Shown here: in pieces, positions 58,476 through 64,000 of the stretch
Layout: each line of letters starts with the position of its first letter
Numbering within the stretch: the first letter of the stretch is position 1
Program-made: the position numbers and the translations under genes
The notes under the pieces: generated by a model
What the model saw: the letters and a program-made list of their open reading frames with translations, nothing else
The model's database searches: none
Told to the model about the DNA's origin: nothing
Source: an uncultured delta proteobacterium
GTDB taxonomy: Bacteria; Myxococcota; Myxococcia; Myxococcales; Myxococcaceae
DNA length: 64,000 bases
Direction: 5' to 3'
NCBI GenBank assembly: GCA_963796055.1
Contig: CAWCKH010000004.1
Location: 2,944,001 to 3,008,000 of the forward strand

Positions 58476-59354
58476 GTGAGAGTTCTCGCCGTCCTCGTCG
58501 CCGCCGTCGCGGCCCTGGTCACCGGCTCGACCATCCCCTACGTGCGCAGCCGGACGGACCGGAACGCTCCCGACGGTGGACACTGCCTGGGCTGGCCGGC
58601 AGGAACGGTCGAGTTCCGTGAGAATGTCGACAGCGCCCCGGATGCCGGAGAGGCCGGTTTCACCGCCATGGAACGTTCGCTCGGGACGTGGGCGACACAG
58701 ATGGATGCCTGCGGCAATCTCACATTGAGCATGGGCCCGAGGATCACCACCCGCACCACCGGCTTCGACGACACCCAGGGCGCGGTCAACGAGAACGTGC
58801 TGCTCTTTCGCACCCGGCTGTGCAGCCAGGTGGTCCGGCCTGGTGACCCCTGCCTCGCCGACGGGACCTGCTCCAACGTGCACGACTGCTGGGACTTCGC
58901 ATCCGGGACGCTGGCCATCACCACCACCACGTACAACACCCGCACCGGCCGGCTCTACGACGCAGATCTGGAGATGAACGCCAGCGTCCACCGCTTCACC
59001 ACCGTGGACGCGCCGCCCTGCAGCGGCTTGGACATGATCGGCTGCGTGTCCACCGACGTGCAGAACACCGTCACCCACGAGTTCGGCCACGCGCTGGGGC
59101 TCGCCCACTCGCCCGATCCACACTCCACCATGTTCGCCGGGGCCGAGCTGGGGGAGACCTCGAAGCGGGTGCTGGACGACGGCAGCGTCGAGTTCGTCTG
59201 CACCGCGTACCCTGCGGGCGGTCCGACCCTGGACTGCGACGGCACGCCGCTCGACCTCACCAACGCCGCCGGCTCGTGCACCGTCGCGCCCACCGGACCG
59301 TTCGCGATCCTCACCCTGGCGCTCGCCGGACTGCGCCGTCGAGGGGGCGGGTGA
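58476..59354 (+). CDS. Matrixin-like zinc metalloprotease with MYXO-CTERM-like tail
   Basis: HEFGHALGLAHS...STM; C-terminal GSC...hydrophobic...RRR. Confidence 0.85.
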   Translation: MRVLAVLVAAVAALVTGSTIPYVRSRTDRNAPDGGHCLGWPAGTVEFRENVDSAPDAGEAGFTAMERSLGTWATQMDACGNLTLSMGPRITTRTTGFDDTQGAVNENVLLFRTRLCSQVVRPGDPCLADGTCSNVHDCWDFASGTLAITTTTYNTRTGRLYDADLEMNASVHRFTTVDAPPCSGLDMIGCVSTDVQNTVTHEFGHALGLAHSPDPHSTMFAGAELGETSKRVLDDGSVEFVCTAYPAGGPTLDCDGTPLDLTNAAGSCTVAPTGPFAILTLALAGLRRRGGG

Positions 59355-60070
59355 TGGCGGCGATCGCCTTCTTCGACTTCGACGAGACCCTCATCGTCGG
59401 CAACTCCGGCCGGCTGTGGATCCGCCGCGAGCTGAAGGAGGGGAACATCTCCCACTCCCAGTTCCTCCGCGCCGCGGTGTGGATGCTCCGCTACAAGCTG
59501 GGCTGGGCCTCGATGGACGATGCGCTCCGGACCGCCATCGGCTCGCTGCGCGGCCAGACCGAGCAGGCGCTCCGCGCCCGCACCCGCGCCTTCTACGAGA
59601 CCGAGGTTCGGATGCTCTACCGCACCGGTGCCCGGCCGGCGCTGGAGCGACACCGGGCCCGCGGCGACGCCATCGTGCTCTTGACCGCCTCCTCGCTGTA
59701 CCTCTCCGAGCTGGTGGCCGAGGAGCTCGGCTTCGACGACGTGCTCTGCAACCGCTTCGAGGTGGACGCGGGGGGCACCCACACCGGCCGGCCGGTGGGC
59801 AGCCTGTGCTTCGGCGCCGGAAAGCTGGGGTATGCCGAGGCGTACGCCAGGCAGCGGGGGGTGTCGCTCTCCGACTGCTGGTTCTACACTGACAGCTACT
59901 CGGACCTTCCGGTCCTGGAGCGCCTCGGCCATCCGGTGGTGGTGAATCCGGACCCGAGGCTCCGCCCGGAGGCCGAGCGGCGCGGCTGGCCGATCGAGTG
60001 GTGGGGAGAGGCACTGTCCGGGGCCGACCCGGGCGCGTCGATGTTCCAGGGGTCGCAGCAGGAGGGGTGA
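59354..60070 (+). CDS. HAD-IB family hydrolase
   Basis: FFDFDETL, LTAS, K, YTDSYSDLP, VNPD. Confidence 0.92.
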   Translation: MAAIAFFDFDETLIVGNSGRLWIRRELKEGNISHSQFLRAAVWMLRYKLGWASMDDALRTAIGSLRGQTEQALRARTRAFYETEVRMLYRTGARPALERHRARGDAIVLLTASSLYLSELVAEELGFDDVLCNRFEVDAGGTHTGRPVGSLCFGAGKLGYAEAYARQRGVSLSDCWFYTDSYSDLPVLERLGHPVVVNPDPRLRPEAERRGWPIEWWGEALSGADPGASMFQGSQQEG

Positions 60071-60099
60071 CTCGCCTGCTAGGCTCGAAGGTCTCCTCC

Positions 60100-61812
60100 A
60101 TGTCGCTCCTCCTCGCCTCCGTCCTCGCCACCGCGCTCAGCGCGGCTCCGTCCTCCGTCGACCCCCGCCTGTCCATCCTCGATGCGATGAAGGAGGAGCT
60201 GGAACGCAACCGCACCCGGCTGAAGCTGGGCGAGAACCCGCCCCCGTACTTCATCAGCTACGCGGTGAAGGACCTCACCCAGTCCTACGTCGCCGCGCGG
60301 TACGGCGCGCTGTTCGACGACTCCACCAACCGCGACCGGCGGGTGTTCGCCGACGTGCGGGTGGGGAGCCACGAGCTCGACAACTCGGTCAACGAGGAGT
60401 TCGACTTCAACTTCTCGCTGAAGGGAACCAGCTACACCACCCGCAAGGAGGCGCCGCTCGACGACGACCTCACCGCGCTGCGCACCGCGCTCTGGCTCAT
60501 CACCGACGAGAAGTACAAGGGGGGGCTGTTCAATCTCTTGAAGAAGAAGGGCGAGGCCGTCTACGTGGTGGACGACCCGAAGAAGCCGCCCTCCTTCAGC
60601 CGCGAGCAGCCCAGCAGCTTCATCCAGCCGCCGGCCACCTACACCTTCGACCGGCCGCGGTGGACTGCGCTGGTGCGCAAGGTGTCGGCCCGCTTCAACG
60701 AGGCGGGGAAGATCTTCGACACCGACGTCCGCGTCACCGCCGACAAGGAGGTCCGGTACTTCGTCAACTCGGAGGGGTCGCGCATCCTCACCGAGATGAC
60801 CTTCTACGGGGTCCACCTCTACGCGGTGACCCGGGCCGACGACGGCCAGCTGCTCGACGACTCGCGCGACTACTACGGCTTCCGCGAGTCGGAGCTGCCG
60901 AGCGACGAGCGGCTGATGAAGGACGCCGAGTCGCTCATCCAGGAACTGCTCGCGCTCCGTGCCGCCCCGGCCATCGACCCGTACACCGGGCCGGCCATCC
61001 TCGAGGCCGAGGCCGCCGGGGTGCTCTTCCACGAGGCGGTGGGGCACCGGCTGGAAGGCGACCGGATGGACAACGACGCGGAGGGCAAGACCTACAAGGG
61101 GCAGATCGGGCGCGCGGTGCTCCCGTCCTTCATCACCATCGTCGACGACCCCACCCTGGCCACCCTGGGGGGCAAGTCGCTCAACGGCTTCTACCGGTAC
61201 GACGACGAGGGCATCCCCGCCCAGCGCGTCACCCTGGTCGACGCAGGGGTGCTGCGGAACTTCCTGGTCTCCCGGCACCCGGTGGACGGGTTCCTCCACA
61301 GCAACGGGCACGGGCGAGCGCAGGCGAACCGGAGACCGGTGGCGCGGATGGCCAACCTCATCGCCTCGTCCACCAAGCAGGTCAGTGACGCCGAGCTGAA
61401 GCGGATGCTGATCGCCGAGGCGAAGCGGCAGGGAAAGCCCTACGGGCTCATCATCCGCGACATCCAGGGCGGGAACACCAACACCTCCAGCTTCGGGTAC
61501 CAGGCGTTCAAGGGCATCCCCCGGCTGGTGTACCGGGTGGACGCGCGCGACGGGAAGGAGACCCTGGTCCGCGGGGTCGAGGTGGTGGGGACTCCGCTGT
61601 CGGCGGTGAGCAAGATCGTCGCCACCGGGAAGACCCAGGGCGTGTTCAACGGCTTCTGCGGGGCGGAGAGCGGGAACGTTCCGGTGTCCACCGTCGCCCC
61701 GGCGACCTTGCTCCGGGAGATCGAGCTGCAGCGGGTGGTGGAAGGCCGCGACCGGCCGCCGCTCCTCCCCAGCCCGGCCACCGAGCCGCCGCAGCGGGCG
61801 CAGGTTCCTTGA
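60100..61812 (+). CDS. TldD/PmbA-family metalloprotease with signal peptide
   Basis: HEAVGHRLEG, DDPT, YDDEG, NGHGR, RMANL, GFCG; alternative GTG start at 60067. Confidence 0.88.
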   Translation: MSLLLASVLATALSAAPSSVDPRLSILDAMKEELERNRTRLKLGENPPPYFISYAVKDLTQSYVAARYGALFDDSTNRDRRVFADVRVGSHELDNSVNEEFDFNFSLKGTSYTTRKEAPLDDDLTALRTALWLITDEKYKGGLFNLLKKKGEAVYVVDDPKKPPSFSREQPSSFIQPPATYTFDRPRWTALVRKVSARFNEAGKIFDTDVRVTADKEVRYFVNSEGSRILTEMTFYGVHLYAVTRADDGQLLDDSRDYYGFRESELPSDERLMKDAESLIQELLALRAAPAIDPYTGPAILEAEAAGVLFHEAVGHRLEGDRMDNDAEGKTYKGQIGRAVLPSFITIVDDPTLATLGGKSLNGFYRYDDEGIPAQRVTLVDAGVLRNFLVSRHPVDGFLHSNGHGRAQANRRPVARMANLIASSTKQVSDAELKRMLIAEAKRQGKPYGLIIRDIQGGNTNTSSFGYQAFKGIPRLVYRVDARDGKETLVRGVEVVGTPLSAVSKIVATGKTQGVFNGFCGAESGNVPVSTVAPATLLREIELQRVVEGRDRPPLLPSPATEPPQRAQVP

Positions 61813-61869
61813 GGTCCGAATGCCGGTGCCGGTGCGGGCCGCAGCCCTCGCGCTGGACCCGCCTCATGA

Positions 61870-62724
61870 TCAGTGTTCGGAGGTCAGCGCCGGCTGGAAG
61901 CCTCGCCAGCTCAGGTAACGCCGGAAGTCGGTGGCGAAGGACTCGACGCTGATCCCGACCGCCTCCTGGAAGGCCTCGAGGAAGCCCTTCCGGACGCGCA
62001 TCCGGTCGAGGATCCGCAGCGCCGTCGCGTCCCCGTAGCGCCGGTCCAGGAAGTCGAAGGCATGGTACGCGGCGCCGTAGGCGATCGCCGGGTCCGTCCG
62101 CACGATCTTCCCCGTCCCGCGCAGCAGATCGACTCCGGGATGCGCCGCGAGCCACTGTGCCAGCGACTCGGGCGGCGGCCACTGCGCTCCCTCCCCGGCG
62201 GTCACCGTCGCCATCCCCTCCCGGAACCAGAAGGGAATCCGTTCGCGCGGGTCCGACGGCGACCCGCCCGCCCGCTGGAACATCAGAGAGTGCGTGAGCT
62301 CGTGCTTGAGGAGATCGATCACCTGCGTCCTTCGGACCTGAGCGGCCAGCGCCGGATGCTCCGCCACACCGGGCGGAAGCGGCCACCAGCGCGGGTCCCA
62401 GAGAACCACCTGGTTCCTCCGTGCCCAGGCGGAGATGCCCGGCAGCGGACGGCCCACCGCCTCCTCGAGCTCCCGGTGCGAGTTCACCACGGTGATCGTC
62501 ACTGGCTCCGGAAGCCCACCCCATCGGGAGAGCACGTTCGCCGCCCCCGGAACTGTCGTGCGGAGGAGCCCTGCGATCTCCTCGTTCCACTCCACGAACT
62601 CGAGCCGGATCGTCCCGGTCTCGGTCAGCACCACCTCGCCGCCGCTGGCCCGGTGCGCCCCGCAGCTGATCGTGCCGACCGAGAGCATCGCCAGCAGGAC
62701 CGCGAGCCCGCGCGCTCCAATCAC
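61870..62724 (-). CDS. Peptidase MA-like (gluzincin) lipoprotein
   Basis: HELTH...WFREGMA; lipobox-like TISC. Confidence 0.7.
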   Translation of the reverse strand: MIGARGLAVLLAMLSVGTISCGAHRASGGEVVLTETGTIRLEFVEWNEEIAGLLRTTVPGAANVLSRWGGLPEPVTITVVNSHRELEEAVGRPLPGISAWARRNQVVLWDPRWWPLPPGVAEHPALAAQVRRTQVIDLLKHELTHSLMFQRAGGSPSDPRERIPFWFREGMATVTAGEGAQWPPPESLAQWLAAHPGVDLLRGTGKIVRTDPAIAYGAAYHAFDFLDRRYGDATALRILDRMRVRKGFLEAFQEAVGISVESFATDFRRYLSWRGFQPALTSEH

Positions 62725-63638
62725 CCCGCGGCTCCGGCGATGAGCCCCGCCACATCGGCCACATTCTCCGGCGCCTGATCCTCGAGGGGCGGAAAGGACA
62801 GCAGCGCCACCGGCGCCAGGGTGTGGTTCCGCGTCCGGAGGTCCTCCACGTTCCCGTGGTCGCTGCACACCAGGACACGCACGTCCGCCGGCCGCCGCCG
62901 CAGCACCGCTCGGGCGAAGGCATCGAACGTCTCCAGCGCCGACTCCGCCAGCGCCATGTCCTTGGCGTGCCCCGCCTCGTCCGCGAGGAAGTGCTCGAAG
63001 AGGGTGAAGTCCGTGCCCTCCGCCGCCCGCCAGAAGATCTCCGCCGCCTCATCCGGCGTCCGCAGCGGCACGTCGAACCCACGCGCGCGGCCGCGAGCAC
63101 CCGTCACGTCGTGCGACAGCGCTTCTCCTGCCCGGAGCTGGTCCAGGGTTCGCAGCGGCACCTCCGCCGCCGCGAACGCCAGAGTGGTGGACGACGGCTT
63201 GAGCCGCCGCCGCGCCCGGGCGGGAATCTCCACCTCGGGCTCGCGCGCCGGCGCGTGCGGCAACCCCAGCGCCGCCAGGTACGCCCCCGGGTACCCGTTC
63301 ACGAACGTCGCGCGACGGCCGGCGCCGACCAGCCGCTTCACCACCGAGGCGCGGAGGAGAATCTCCCGCAGCGCTGCGTCCGGGAACCCCAGCACATGCC
63401 GGCCCAGCAGCCGGGGGGCCGGTTCACCGGTCAGGATCGCCGTCTGGTTCGTCGCCGACTGGGGCCGGCCGGGCACCCCGAAGGTCGTCTCCAGGAGCGT
63501 TCGCGCGCCGCCAGGCAACACGGTGCCGCTCCCATCCTCGAACTGCGAGAGGAGCCACTCACCCCGGGCGAGGGGGTTGAACTGCGGGTCCCGGGCGCCG
63601 ACCCCGACGCCGTCGATGAAGAGCAGCGCGACGCGCAC
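62721..63638 (-). CDS. Alkaline-phosphatase-superfamily metalloenzyme (phosphoglycerate mutase/phosphopentomutase-like)
   Basis: FIDGVG, PQSATNQT, DEAGH, SDHGN, HT. Confidence 0.85.
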   Translation of the reverse strand: MRVALLFIDGVGVGARDPQFNPLARGEWLLSQFEDGSGTVLPGGARTLLETTFGVPGRPQSATNQTAILTGEPAPRLLGRHVLGFPDAALREILLRASVVKRLVGAGRRATFVNGYPGAYLAALGLPHAPAREPEVEIPARARRRLKPSSTTLAFAAAEVPLRTLDQLRAGEALSHDVTGARGRARGFDVPLRTPDEAAEIFWRAAEGTDFTLFEHFLADEAGHAKDMALAESALETFDAFARAVLRRRPADVRVLVCSDHGNVEDLRTRNHTLAPVALLSFPPLEDQAPENVADVAGLIAGAAG

Positions 63639-63655
63639 CGGGGCGCGTCCTCGAC

Positions 63656-63847
63656 TCAGGCGGCCTTGGTGACCTTGCCCGCCTTGATGCAGCGGGTGCA
63701 GGCCAGGACGCGCTGGGTGCGCCCATCCACGGTCGCCCGGAGCTTCTGCAGATTGGGCAGCGACCGCGTCTTGGACTTGTTGTTGGCGTGGCTCACCTTG
63801 TTCCCGACCAGCGGGCGCTTGCCACAGATGTCGCACTTCCAGGCCAT
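63656..63847 (-). CDS. rpmB: 50S ribosomal protein L28 (Zn-binding form)
   Basis: CDICGK...GNKVSHANN...PNLQ...CTRCIK. Confidence 0.97.
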   Translation of the reverse strand: MAWKCDICGKRPLVGNKVSHANNKSKTRSLPNLQKLRATVDGRTQRVLACTRCIKAGKVTKAA

Positions 63848-64000
63848 TGCCAGGGACTCCCGAGACGGACGAAGCGGGGCTGTGTAGCCGAAACCCGGCC
63901 CGAGCGCCAGCCGGAGTGCCCAACCCCGCTACCGCTTGAGCGGATCTCGCTTCCGGACCTGCTCGTGCACCAGCCCCGCCGCCCGGGCCGCCGCCAGCAG

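Noticed and set aside
1..64000. CRISPR array or cas genes
   Set aside because: No regularly spaced repeat-spacer series and no cas motifs seen; repeats found are att arms, IS pieces or short tandems
63929..64000. 3' end of a minus-strand gene at the window edge
   Set aside because: Only about 23 codons visible; no product can be assigned

Overview
GC-rich bacterial DNA, probably a myxobacterium (Myxococcota), judged from a MYXO-CTERM-like tail, myxobacterial Cys-rich repeats and gene content. Four zones are visible. (1) 1-16.9 kb: the end of an aryl-polyene/flexirubin-like type II fatty-acid/polyketide cluster with FabG, FabZ, MMPL, LolA, two KS/CLF pairs, ACP, deacetylase, a halogenase-like flavoprotein, DUF2062, a GT2-acyltransferase fusion, a tyrosine ammonia-lyase-like enzyme and a CoA ligase. 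(2) 17-49.5 kb: a decaying accessory mosaic of general-stress genes, signalling proteins, redox enzymes and pseudogenes. It also holds five pieces of one IS91/ISCR-like element and relics of a tyrosine-integrase element (att arms, Xis, integrase fragment). (3) 49.5-56.5 kb: a 7-kb integrase-less islet bounded by a 22-bp direct repeat of the tRNA-Gln(CTG) 3' end. It carries an ECF43-like sigma factor, a Ser/Thr kinase-TPR receptor and a lipoprotein di-haem MauG/CcP-like protein. Three copies of an exact bipartite box, TGGCCG-N14-TTCCGTACG, sit upstream of the kinase and of two divergent lipoprotein genes. This is the best candidate here for an undescribed, self-contained signalling system. (4) 56.5-64 kb: core genome (tRNA-Gln, gltX, proteases, HAD, rpmB). 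All calls come from motif recognition by eye; no database searches were run and several start codons are best guesses.
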